Source: Octopus vulgaris (Eukaryota). Taken from it: DNA of 64,000 nt. Below, one piece after another: positions 1 to 12,529 of this stretch. Made by a program: the position numbers and the translations under genes. Each line of letters starts with the position of its first letter. Positions within the stretch are counted from its first letter, which is position 1. The notes under the pieces are model-generated. The model was not told the DNA's origin, did not search any database, and saw nothing but the letters and a program-made list of their open reading frames with translations. Where the stretch lies: contig OX597831.1 in NCBI GenBank assembly GCA_951406725.2, forward strand, positions 59,644,001 through 59,708,000, read 5' to 3'.

Positions 1-33
<33 letters not shown>

Positions 34-1499
34 AATATATATATGCATACACACACATATATATATATTCATATATATAATCTTAGTTATTCTAATTCAA
101 ATACTTTATTTCCTGTAATATGTCTAACAAGACTTTGGGATTTCAGTTATAGTTTATTTCATTATTTCATGTATAGCTAAAAGGAAGCCATACATGCACA
201 GGCGCATATATAAGAATAACATGCATATACTAACAATTATGAATGTATGACATTAATCATTTCGGCCTGATTCCATGTATGCAATTGTTTGTTTGCATGT
301 ATATGTGCATGTTTTAATGTATATATATATATATATATATATATATGTGGGGGGGGGTGTACATGTATGTGCGTGTGTTTAACTGTATAACTGTGCGTGC
401 ATGCATATGTATATTATTTATTCATATATATATATTCGGACTGAGCGTTTACAAAATAGATATAACGTTCTACATACATCACATGCGTTCGTAAACAGGA
501 AATACCAGATATAAACATACTGAAACACAAATCATTTTGACACATTGGCCATTTTGAAGTGATGTTATGCAGTCTCAAATCAGTAGTTCGTTTATAGTTG
601 CAATAATGGATTTGTACAAGTAATTATTTTTTACTGTTAACTTTCACTATATTGTAGCCTATAACTTTTCCCCATTATCAGTTGATGTAATTCATTAATT
701 GCATAAGCTACATTATGCCATTATCTCTCAATTTATATACTAACATATCCCGAAGGACGTTTCTAGACATCACATTCTCTATCACATAATGCGTACATAC
801 ATACACATATACACACATAGGTATGCATGCATGTATTTCTATGTATGTGTTCACGTGTAGTTGCATATGTAGAAACATTGTGTACATAGACATGGGAATA
901 TATATGCATACATATTCAAAAATTAGTGTACATAAATGTATTCTAATCAGTTGATTGAGTGTTTGACAATGACAAAAAAAGTATGACGCTTTGTGTATCA
1001 TGAAAACATTTAGATCAGTTAATAATGATAAGGAGGTAAAAATTAGTTTACACAAATATATCCAAATCATTTAATAGAGTCTTCGACAAGAAGATAAAAC
1101 TCATTTAGATTGTCAATCAGTGGGTGTCAAACTTTTAGTTTCAATGTGATCAGAAACCATGGCTGTTTGCAGCATCTTAAATTTTTAAAAATGTGTGCCA
1201 AAAAATAAGTCAATTTATAGTTTTCGAAATGGTGGCTCAAAATTGCCTTATTTAAAAAAAAAAACAAGTTGGTGAGTTGACGGCAGTTATTTGATCAAAA
1301 GATGGTTCTGTTTTTATTTAAAAAAAGGTGGCTTAGAACTGTTTTCTCTTTAAAAAACAGTATGGGTGGCTGATGACAGTCACATGATCAAAAAGAAGTT
1401 CACGATAGTTCTGCTGTTGAATATTTGTTGAGGAGCCGAGAAAGGCTTGGTTGTTGAGCTGGTCCAGTTGTTTTGTCTTGTGTCTTGGGGTTTATATAT

Positions 1500-3500
1500 A
1501 TATGATTAATGAGTAAATAATAGTGTGCACTTGTGTGTAAGTGTATTTGTCTGAGAAGTGCAAATAGCGAGTATACGTTTGTGTGTATACATGTGTGTAA
1601 CGATGTGCGTCTATGGGCGTGTTCTATCTGTGTGTCTGTGTGTGTGTTTCGTGTCTACGTATGTGTGTGTCTACGTATGTGTTCGTGTCTGCACGCGTGT
1701 CTATGCGTTTGTCAAAGCGATGTGTGTGTGCATATGTATATATTTATTAGGGTACTCTGTGTGTATATGTGTATGCAGCGGTTTGTGTATGTGTGTTACG
1801 TTTGACGGGGTGGGGTATCTGTGCGTATGCGTGATGCGTATATGTATGTGCATGTGTATACGTGTGTTGCGTTTTCTAAGGCGTATGTGTACGTCTGTGT
1901 GTGTACGCTTCTGTGTGCGACTGTATGTATGTGTTGCATGTGCGTGCAGGTAGGCATGTGAGTGTGAGTCTGTGTACGTGCGTGTGTCTGTATGTGTGTA
2001 TGCTATAATTATCCGGGTCGTGTGTATGTGTGTAAGTGTGTATGCTTCTGTTTGTGTGAGTTATATCTGTAAGGGCGCTGTGTGTGTGTCCGTGCGTGTG
2101 CATGTATGGGTACGTGTGTATATGTGTAGGTAGCAATTGCTAGCGTAGTGTGTGCTTGTGCAGGTGGGCGCGCGCGTGTATATATATGTGCGTGTGCATG
2201 TGTGTGATTTGCATTTATTATGGTGGTATGCATATGTGTATATCTGTGTACGTGTGCATGTGTGTGTATGTGTGTGTTATATTTTTCAGATTTATGTGTG
2301 TACGTGAGTGTGTTGCGCTTCTCATGGCCCTGTGTGCACGCGTACGTATGTATATGTGTGCTTGTGTATGTATGCATGTGTGTTATTTCTATTACTCTGG
2401 GCGGTGAGTGAGTGTTTCTGTATATGATTTCTGTTTGTCACCGCGGTGTGTGTGTGTGTATGTAAAAGAGTGTACGTTTATGTGCCTTGTATGGGCATAT
2501 ATATGCGTATGTCTGTGAGTGTTTTTTGTCACTGCTAAATTGTAATGCGTGTGTATCTGTGATTTTTCTGGGGAATGGGGATATTTGTTTGTGTCTGTGC
2601 GTGTGTGTATGCGTGTCTGAATGCGTGGGTTATATTGTAGTTGTGTGTGTGTGTATCTGCGTATGTGTCTGTGTGTGTCCGTGTATGATTGTGTGTATAC
2701 GTGTCTATATATGTGTATGCTTCTGTGTGTTTGTTATGGCTGTTTGTTCCTGGGAGACAGGGATATTATGTTTGTGAGTGAATCCGTGTAGTGAATATGC
2801 GTGTGTGTAGGAAATAGAGTAGTGCCTAGTTGTTCCGACAGTAGTCGATAGTCCAAATATATTTTTTCATTATATTACGGGATGTGAAACTGTGCTCTAT
2901 AGTTTCGATGAAAATTGTTTTCTTTATTTATTCGCGTTTGTTCAGTGCTGCTATCTGTGCAAACGTACAGTGGGAAAACTTGGAATGTGGGGGATAATAA
3001 AGTAGTGGTGATCCCAAAACAAAGGTGCGCGTGCATATGTATAAGAGAGCATGTATGTGCGTGTTGAAAAGTGATGGTGACCTTGACGTGTGAGTGTGTG
3101 CATGTGTAGGTGTGTGGATGATGGTGTGGGGCTGGGAAGTTGTCAGTGCTAGTGTGTGCGTGGTGGTGTGATGTGATGTGGTGTGGTGGTGTTGGGATTT
3201 GGGGTATGCGAGAGTGGGTAAAGCAAGGATGGGGTGTGAGTTAGGTTGAGGGTAGGTGTAGAGGTGTGGTATGTGTGAGTGCGTGTAAAGGATGGGAGGA
3301 ATAGGGAAGATGGGGTTGCATTGTGTACGGGTTGCGGTTACAAGGGAGGGGTGATGATAAAGTGAGAGGGGGAAGGGAGATGACAGGTAGAAGTGAAGAG
3401 AAGAGAGAACAAGAGTAGGAGTGAAGAGGAGGAGGAATCGAAGCTAGAGAGGAGAGGTGGGTAGGAGCAAGTAGGTGTGAGAGGAAGAGAGGAGAGGGGA
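1500..3500. repeat. Long degenerate TG-rich low-complexity tract grading into a G/purine-rich tract
   Basis: Imperfect (TG)n/(TGTA)n over ~1500-2800, then G-rich and GA-rich sequence to ~3520. Overlapping ORFs are only C/V/Y/M or H/T low-complexity translations. Confidence 0.85.
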
Positions 3501-3519
3501 GGAGAGTTAGAATTAAGAA

Positions 3520-3660
3520 GTGAGGAGAGTTGAGCCATGTGGCGAAAAGGAGCGAAGAGAGAAGATTAATCCCAGTTCACGGCGGAGACAGGAGTCCTGA
3601 TGGCCCCTGTGCAACGACAATCCGAACACAGACAGGTGTTGCAAAGAGTGTTTCAAAGAA
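3520..3660 (-). mobile_element. C-terminal fragment of a Penelope-like element GIY-YIG endonuclease (Neptune-like)
   Basis: Minus ORF 3513-3701 contains HSLQHLSVFGLSLHRGHQDSCLRRELGLIFSLRSFSPHG, matching the PLE endonuclease end pattern Hs..D..V.GL....G....R...E..LIF.L.TL.P.GLN. Confidence 0.6.
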
Positions 3661-4219
3661 TGTTGCAAAGAAAGGGCAGAGACAGAGACCAGGAGATGCA
3701 ACAGATGACAATGCTAGAAATGCAGGGGAATATAAATAATTGATAATAATAAAAATTTATATAGGCGGTAATAGTTTTGTAAATAGCATTATATAACTTT
3801 AAAATTAATATAAGCATAAGGACTCTCAAAAAATAAAACCTGTTTTGATATAGCAGGCAAAAATCGGAAATTTACAACCGAAACCATAGAAATATGACAA
3901 CAGTTAGCGAGTGAGTGCTTAAAGAATCAAACAAATAGACGCGCGCACACACACACATGTATTTATATACATACAATATCATTAAAATTAATAATAATAC
4001 CTATGAATATTTACGTCAAGACAACATTATAAAGGTAATCTGAATTGGTGAAATTTTAACTGAGCATTGAAAAAAATGTACCTGTTAGAAAACGCTAACA
4101 ATAAACAAATGTCAAATCAAATTTGCCCTTCATCTTGCAGACTACGTCTCCCACCCCACTTCTCTGCTCTCTGTCTTTTCTGCCTTATACATACAGACAG
4201 ACATATACACACACACATA

Positions 4220-4412
4220 TTGTTATTATTTGGGGATTTTCATGTTGCCAGTTTAGCCTATAAAAGCACACGCGCTATATATTTGGCTTTCACTTACTTC
4301 AGCTTTATTTTAAAAATATAAAATACAGGTGAAGTGAACGCCAAATATATAGTGCATGTGTTTTTATTGGCTAAGCTGGCAACAGAAACATAACCATCCC
4401 AAAATACAACAA
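4220..4412. repeat. Imperfect inverted repeat (fold-back)
   Basis: 4244-4295 gttgccagtttagcctataaaagcacacgcgctatatatttggctttcactt is the imperfect reverse complement of 4332-4383 aagtgaacgccaaatatatagtgcatgtgtttttattggctaagctggcaac. Confidence 0.85.
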
Positions 4413-4468
4413 TCTCTGTTTTGACACACAAATTCACATCAACAATCTTGCAAAACGAATACATAAAC

Positions 4469-4619
<151 letters not shown>

Positions 4620-7600
4620 TACGATGCAATGTGTTGGCAAAAGGAATGCTACAGTGCCCGAGATGTGCACCCTCATTGTCCTACTTGAGGGTTTATCAAA
4701 TTTGGTTGTATGAGTGCTAAATTTTGTAATGCCAGAAGAGGCATGGATCTAAATAAAGACGTGCTTGATAAATAATGAGAATATATGTATATAACTATAT
4801 ATGTATATAACTACTATATATATATGTATATAACTTCAATAATTTGAAACAGCGTTCGTAATGAGGTTACTATTGTTTCTGTTCTAAGAAGTTATACCAT
4901 TACACAATCCCTTCTGCTAGGATGCGTCGTGATTGTTAGTGGTGAGTATTTTAAAACGTCAAACAAATTGCTATTGTGTACTTGACATCATATTGTGCGT
5001 AGGTTTACAAAATTTGTTATAAAGATATAAATACATTGCCGGCGATATATGTGCTGACAACTTTAGACTAATCAATGAGATGAAGCAGGTAACAGCCGTG
5101 TCTATTTTATTAGGTCCAGATACAACATACTGACTTCTACAAAAGTAGTCTTCACAGCTGCATAAAGCTTTGGTTGGAGTGTGTCACCGTTATTGGTGCC
5201 TATGTAGAGAAGGACTCGTAATTGTACCAAGTTTCGTTTGACCCAGTCCTTGAAGAATGGGTCAGAGGAAATCTTTAATGAACAACTCCCGTATGTTTGT
5301 TTCGTGTCATGGTGATCTGTACAGTGCCCATGGCCAGACGATAGACCCCATGGAAGGTTTTCAATGGGGACGTCACTCTGCTTTACGAAAGGATGTCTCT
5401 TGAGGAAACTATGCAATTTTTTTTAAAGTCACGAATTAATTTTTGCAATGAAGAAAGCAATCTAATTTCTACAGCTCGAATGAGTACAAAGGAGGAGTTA
5501 GTATTTTCTAGCTTATAAAACGCGAACTCATGCTGATGAACATCTATTATTCAACCTCGTCTGCTTTGTGAATATAATGTACTAAAGCATCTCTAGAAAG
5601 TTCAAACATTGTTATTATGTCAGATTCAATCATGGTCACTCTCCTTGACAATAATTTGTTTCATGTTCTTAAGGTTATTTCTTGGACAAGATGTTTTCTA
5701 GCTTAATATGTCGAGCAAAAACATTGTTTCTCAGTCGTTGGGCTATGATTCTTAAACAGATCACTTTACGTAAATTATAAAACCTTCTCTAGTCGTTTTT
5801 TTCTTACTGAAGCTCTAAGAAATTTAAATTTTAATAACGTCATATATACATGTAACACTAGACTTTCTGGATCTTTTATATTCTGCAAAAGAATATATCT
5901 CTTTTAGGAAATATAAGAAACATATTCTTCTTTTTTAAGTAAAGATGAATAAGAATGCTATCATTCTTCTACATCTTGTAAATTTCATAGTATATGGAGC
6001 GTGCTTCTCGAGAAATATCTTTTTATGTTTTGTTATCTAAAGCAAGAAAGGAATCTTTTGTCTGAACTCACAATTTACAGAAAAGTATAAAACTTTTTCA
6101 AATACATTAAAACATACATCATATACATTCTATTTTAAAAGGAAAAAAGATGTACATCACCTGATATGTACTATTCACACTTTCCATTACAAAGAATACA
6201 AAATTTTCCTAACATTCATTTTCTATGTGTACAATTTTAATTTTTTATGTTTGCCTGAAATATTAAACCTTAAGGAAAAACATACAGGTCGGTATCTTTC
6301 GAATTTCATTGTTGTCTCTAAATGTGCATACGCATTTTTAATTCAAACATCTATGTTTTCTAGGCGTCACATTTTTCGGCAAGGTGATGTTAAAAGCACA
6401 TAGGAGAATTATAGCATTAAAAATATTATCAGTCATAAATTTATGTTATTCAAATTTTCTCCAGCCCAGGATTACCTCTTCACTTTCTATGCATACGTAC
6501 ATAAAACAAACACACAATAATACACACACACACACAGCCTACATACATACACACATGCGTATTTGCGCGTGTGTAAATATGTCTTTTCTATAGATTGAGA
6601 GGCAATAATGAAAATGTTTAAAAGGATTATCAAATTCCTAATCAGGGATTCCACTGCAATGCTGGTATCTTTGATACAGTGCATTGTTTAAAACATAATA
6701 CAACATTTTCAGCTCTATATATACAGGGCCTAACATTTTATCTATTAAATTGTCATCGTAGGATATATGGTCAAATGCTATTGGACAACCTATTCGTAGA
6801 TGTTGTCGAGACGACAGCCCATGAAATGCCATTAAACGGAAAATATATTTTACAGCTGCAACATTTCCAAATACTATTTCATAGAAACATTACAGGGTGA
6901 AGTTCTTATTACAATTGAACATGTTTACCATGGATTTGCTTCAATGTAATATATGTTAAGTAGATGACAGATACTTTAATATTTTATTTTGCAGTATGAA
7001 TTAACATGGAAGAATTTTATGCATAGACTTTGTTTTGTAATTTCAATATGTGCTCTATATTACACGGGCGTTTATTGCGGAAACAATTTTTATATTTAAT
7101 GAACATAGGATCTATAGGAAAATTCGTAATTACAAAACCTATAAGCAACTAACCGTTTTTTTTTCTTTCTGTGATCAAGCAATTTCTTTAGAGAGTAGTC
7201 AGTTATATAACATGTATAAGTTCATAAATTACCTCTATACTACCCATTTCTTCCATTTTCACATCCCAAAGGAAAGGTATTCAACGTTCCATAAAATAGT
7301 TTGAAATAGTATTTCTGGGAGATTTTTGCCGAATCCTGGCACTGGAGTAAGTATTTCCGGCCCCTTATAGTTTTTATTAAAGTTAGTGTTTTTGTTTTCT
7401 GAAACTTGAGACAAAACTAATGTGAATTATCCTTATGAAATCATATTAAGCTCTGTTTTTTAGATATCACATTTTATTAGAAATATATGTTAAGTACTAG
7501 ATTGCAATTAATTTGAGTAACGAAGATGAACATTAGTTTGCAAACTACATAGTACATTTTGAAACCAGTGCATTTTGGAAAATGCTGAGACCTAAGAATC

Positions 7601-9196
7601 GCATTGTGATGTTAGCTTGTGTGTATTCAAACTAAATTAATACGTACTGATAATGATTTTGAAACTTGAATGATTATTTTGGAAATTACATTTTCAAATA
7701 AGAACTCCATGTTTATATTATAATAAACACTTCCCTTATTCAAAGTTTCTGTGATCACTTGGATTAAAGTATATTCAGTACTTGAATAGATTCGGTACGA
7801 AATCGGTTGGTTTCTATGAAACAAATTCCTTGAAATGCTACTCGATGAATCTCGTCTTATAGGATTACTACAAAGTTTTATATCTATGATTTCATTAAGA
7901 AATATATCTGGAGAACACAAAGAGTACATATTTGGATTTGTATTACCGGTGTTTAGGCATATTTATTGACTAAAAGAAATTGAAGCGAATTCTTTTTTTG
8001 CATGACATCTTAAGCTTCGCTTCATTTTCGAACTATCAAACCTATGATGTTTGGTCTTCTTTGAATGATGACGCTGTCTTGTTTTCAAATTTATGAAATG
8101 ATCTTTCCGTCCGACGGCAAACAGCGATGTAATTTAGAGCAGACGTGTCTGTACGGCATTCAATTTTTAAAGAATATTCCCTTAAAATCAGTACAATGAA
8201 AAATATTAAATATTTAACCCAACACTATTAACATGTTGATGGATTATGTAACGAAGAGGTCACAAAAATTTGTAGACTAACAAATCATTCCCAAATAAAG
8301 TAACAATTAAATTCATTTTAATTTAGTGACATCTTCATGAACATGTCTCAGAATGAAAAGTGTCTTCAGACATAAGACAAGACTCAACGAAAGCTTAACC
8401 GAATATGACACTAATTAAGACAGCACACAAAAGAATATGTTGCAACAAAAATTATGTACTATTATAAATCAGTGGAATACTATCAGGTATGGAAATATAA
8501 ATGCAGAGATTGACCGTTAGATTTAAATAAATACACACTCATCCCGTCAAAGCACAACACACCACACTATACACAATACATGCATTAGCCCAGAACACTT
8601 GAATCAAATCAAAGCTATTTCAATTGCGGTAACAACTAGCTGAAAATGACAGAAGCTTTATTACATGTCTAACTCACTATTAATAATTTAATCTGTTAAT
8701 TTCCACCGTATTTCAAACAGCTATTTCAGTGGTGGACATTTTATGTAAAATATTTTTCTTCTGCTTCAGTAAGATAAAATTATATAACAAATTTCATTAT
8801 TATTCATATAATTGCCTCATTTAAAGAGAACTGCAATTAATATTCAAGTAATTGAAACATTGTGACATTTGACTCAAATAAGTTCTAGTAACAAACATCA
8901 AGTAAATATACCTTCCTAACTAATTAAACGCACACATTAAGAAAAGAAAAAAGTAAAAACATTTCAGAGATAAAAACCGCAGTAACAATTTGAAGAAAAC
9001 CACAAATAATTATTGTTAGCTGTAAGGAAACTGCTTCTTGCAAATATAATTTAATACAATTTGTAAATAAATTGGTCTCCGAAGATAATTACTGAATTTC
9101 ACAAAAGAAAAGAAAATCAAAACCAGAGAGTTACAATTTAATTTTATATATTTTGTCAAATATTATTATACAACCGTGTTAATATATATAGGGATA

Positions 9197-9245
<49 letters not shown>

Positions 9246-9322
9246 GTATATCGTGTTGATATCTAAAAGGATATATATATATAAATACACACACATATAA
9301 GTACATATATACATATATATGT

Positions 9323-9744
9323 TCTCTTTTCTCTTTTCTTCTCTTTTACTTGTTTCACTCATTTGACTGCGGTCATGCTGGAGCACCACCTTTAGTTGAG
9401 CAAATCTACCCTGGGACTTATTCTCTAGAAGCCTAGTGCTTATCCTATAGCTCTCTTTACGGAGATGTACGGGGATGTAAACACACCAGCATCGGTTGTC
9501 AATTGATGTTGGGGGACAAACACAGACACACAAACTCACACACACACAAACGCACACACACACACACACACATACACACATATACATATATGCGATGGGC
9601 TTCTTTAAGTTTCCGTCTATCAAATCCACTCACAATGCTTTTGTCGGCCCGAGGCTAGAGTAGAAGGCACTTGATGCAATGGGAAGGAACCCGCAACCAT
9701 GCGGTTGGTAATCAAGCTACGTACCACGCAGCCACTCCTGCGCC
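9323..9744 (-). mobile_element. tRNA-derived SINE, family A, with internal microsatellite
   Basis: Minus-strand head GGCGCAGGAGTGGCTGCGTGG (A box) ... GGGTTCCTTCCC (degenerate B box), internal (TA)/(TG) tract and AAAAGAG-repeat tail. Homologous to 34191-34670. Confidence 0.9.
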
Positions 9745-9761
9745 TATATATATAGGCGATT

Positions 9762-9930
9762 TTTACCTCCATCTTCCCTTCCTTGGATCTTTCCTTTTCG
9801 TACGTTTCTGACGAAGAACTCCGCTCGAAGCGTTAAATACTCCTTTCTTTCCTTCCCAATATCACTATACTTGTTCCACGACCCCACGTTGTCGTTTTTT
9901 TTTGTCTTTCTGTTTTCATGTTTGGATTAA
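9762..9930 (+). mobile_element. ~170-bp non-coding repeat with a degenerate minimal hammerhead motif, copy 1
   Basis: 9808 CTGACGA-A-GAAC-TCC-GCTC-GAAG-CGTTA. The whole unit is the reverse-complement homolog of 44591-44765. Confidence 0.7.
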
Positions 9931-10010
<80 letters not shown>

Positions 10011-10081
10011 ATTATATAAAAGGGCTTAGTAAAATAAATTACTTTGCCACATACTTATTTTACTAAGCCCTTTTATATAAT
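10011..10081. repeat. Perfect 27-bp inverted repeat with 17-nt loop
   Basis: attatataaaagggcttagtaaaataa (10011-10037) / ttattttactaagcccttttatataat (10055-10081). Confidence 0.95.
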
Positions 10082-10242
10082 GTAATAATTTGAATTCGCC
10101 TTAAATGGTCCCTTTACATACTGAATACTTGGTGAAATTGATTAATAATTAATTAATTTTACCCTCAATTGTTGAAATTATATATATATATATATATAGT
10201 TTAGCAAGAAAGTAATTTCGTTATTCGCAAATAAGGGGAGTT

Positions 10243-10877
10243 ACTATCATTTAACACTATAAACACGCGCCTCGAAGCAAGCCGACAGAAACTTCTAAAA
10301 AATTCCGTTATCATCCCCTCGGTCCGAATTTCAGAGTAAACACGTAAGACATAAATGAAATACTTACCCATAGCCATGGAAAAAGCAAGCACCAAGTCAT
10401 GATCAGACATAAGTACCTCAAATATATCCGAAACAGAAAATATCCAGCACACATCGCGACACGTGCGATTCGAACTGAAAACACTCACATAGTGAGAGAG
10501 TCTGGAAGTGAACACTATTAAATTTACATCTAATATAGGATAAAATTTTTCGTAAAAAAAATTATCCTATATTAGATGTAAATTTAATAGTGTTTACTTC
10601 CGGACTCACTCACTCTGTTGAATTAACTCTGAAATTGTGAGCGATACGATAATAACGGAATTTTTTAGAAATTTCTGTCAGCTTGCTTCGAGGCGCTTGT
10701 TTAGAGTGTTAAATTATATAGTTATTGAGAATCTGTCTATTTTCGGCATATTTGGCTTTAGAATTTTTTCCTTTTGCCCTTGTTTATAAGTTGTTTATAA
10801 ATTTAACCTTTAAAGGCATTCTTAATATGCTGGCCATTGATAAAATTTCTTTCGAAAACTTTTATCCTATATTAGAT
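10243..10877. repeat. Large fold-back: two inverted copies of one repeat unit plus a terminal direct repeat
   Basis: Perfect 33-bp arms 10511-10543/10562-10594; outer imperfect arms ~10243-10340/~10625-10725; ttatcctatattagat recurs at ~10863. Confidence 0.9.
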
Positions 10878-10959
10878 ATATTGTGTATATATGTATATAT
10901 ATATATATATTGTATATAATATATATATATGTGTGTATGTATGTATATATGTATGTATG

Positions 10960-11020
<61 letters not shown>

Positions 11021-11084
11021 ATATTACGGAGATGTACTCGCATAGCAAGTGATTTGATCTGAGATCGTGTGCTGGAACGAAAAC

Positions 11085-11264
11085 AATTGCAGCGTGGAAG
11101 ATGTTTGTAAGCCATTTAAGAGATGCAGCACGGATTTTTGTCAGTAAACAGGTCGCGGATTTAATCGACGAAAACATTTTGACGAATTAAACTTAAATGT
11201 TGAAGTGAATCGGATGGGTTTTGTGTTTCTTAAATGGCTTACAAACATCTTCCACGCTGCAATT
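11085..11264. repeat. Perfect 37-bp inverted repeat around a ~106-nt spacer, between (TA)n tracts
   Basis: aattgcagcgtggaagatgtttgtaagccatttaaga (11085-11121) / tcttaaatggcttacaaacatcttccacgctgcaatt (11228-11264). Confidence 0.95.
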
Positions 11265-11302
11265 ATATGTATATATTTATACATATACATATGTATATAT
11301 AC

Positions 11303-11358
<56 letters not shown>

Positions 11359-11396
11359 AAAGAGGGAGTGGTGTTTCCACACAGGAAAAAATATAG

Positions 11397-11621
11397 GAAA
11401 ATGAGTTGTTGAAAATGCACTTAAATTTCAAAAGCTCGTAAATGTTTAAAATGCATTTATTTACATATATACCAAACTAGTTTCAACAATATTTTTTGTT
11501 TATCAATGGTAAAAGTGTAAAATTAGAAAAAATAACGTTATAAGTTTCAATTTTAACAAATCAAAATGTTTCAATGTTTACAAAATGAAATACTTAAGTG
11601 CATTTTCCACAACACATTTTC
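11397..11621. repeat. Imperfect 28-bp inverted repeat enclosing a hammerhead-like motif
   Basis: gaaaatgagttgttgaaaatgcacttaa (11397-11424) / ttaagtgcattttccacaacacattttc (11594-11621). Confidence 0.8.
11470..11511 (-). ncRNA. Candidate minimal type I hammerhead ribozyme (U3-A8 core)
   Basis: Minus strand: TACCA-TTGATAA-ACAA-AAAATA-TTGT-T-GAAA-CTAG-TT-TGGTA. Stem I is TACCA/TGGTA and helix III carries the palindrome CTAG. Confidence 0.45.
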
Positions 11622-11818
11622 ACACGCACACACACACATACACACACACACGTATATATATATATATTTATAAAATATATGGTATAATTATAGACGGGGT
11701 GAATTTTAACCATTTCTCCGCAGACTGATAAATTGCTGAATAACCTTAATCGATTTTTGAACCTCATTGCGATCTGACAGTTTCCAGAAAAGGAAGCAGT
11801 TACTCTATGAAGGAATCC

Positions 11819-11874
<56 letters not shown>

Positions 11875-12091
11875 AAATATATATATATATATAAATATAT
11901 ATACATATATATATATATGCCATAAAATGTCAAAAATCATGAGTGTTGACTATATTATTGAACGTCATTAACGCATTTAATTAGCATATTTATTATTACA
12001 TCTGATTTGCAGAATTGTTACTATGTCGGTCTGATATTGGAGAACGGTAGAAGTGATTTTTGTGATACCCACATGATTGTACGAATCCTGC

Positions 12092-12269
<178 letters not shown>

Positions 12270-12529
12270 TTGCTTCCGACTAGTGTATGATTTTTGCCCT
12301 ATTTATATAGGGAGTTCATGGTTCAAATTACTATATGATTTGATAGGATTTGATTGGCAGAGTATAGTCACATGACTGATCTCAGAAAATTTCGTAGGGT
12401 CCACGTTACGTCCGTACGTTAGTATCAAGTGGTAATATTTGGCGTCGTAAGTTAAGCCTGACAGAGTTGACTGAACAGGTTCAAACAATCAAATTTCTGA
12501 ATGTTTTCTGGCAAGTGCTTGTTGAGAAT

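Noticed and set aside
1231-1400. Degenerate ~96-bp tandem duplication containing CTGATGA at ~1370
   Set aside because: Similarity is low and there is no stem II/GAAA to complete a hammerhead.
7627-8185. Minus-strand coding-like stretch and 100-aa ORF
   Set aside because: Stops in the upstream frames and no recognisable motif; cannot be supported as an exon without a search.
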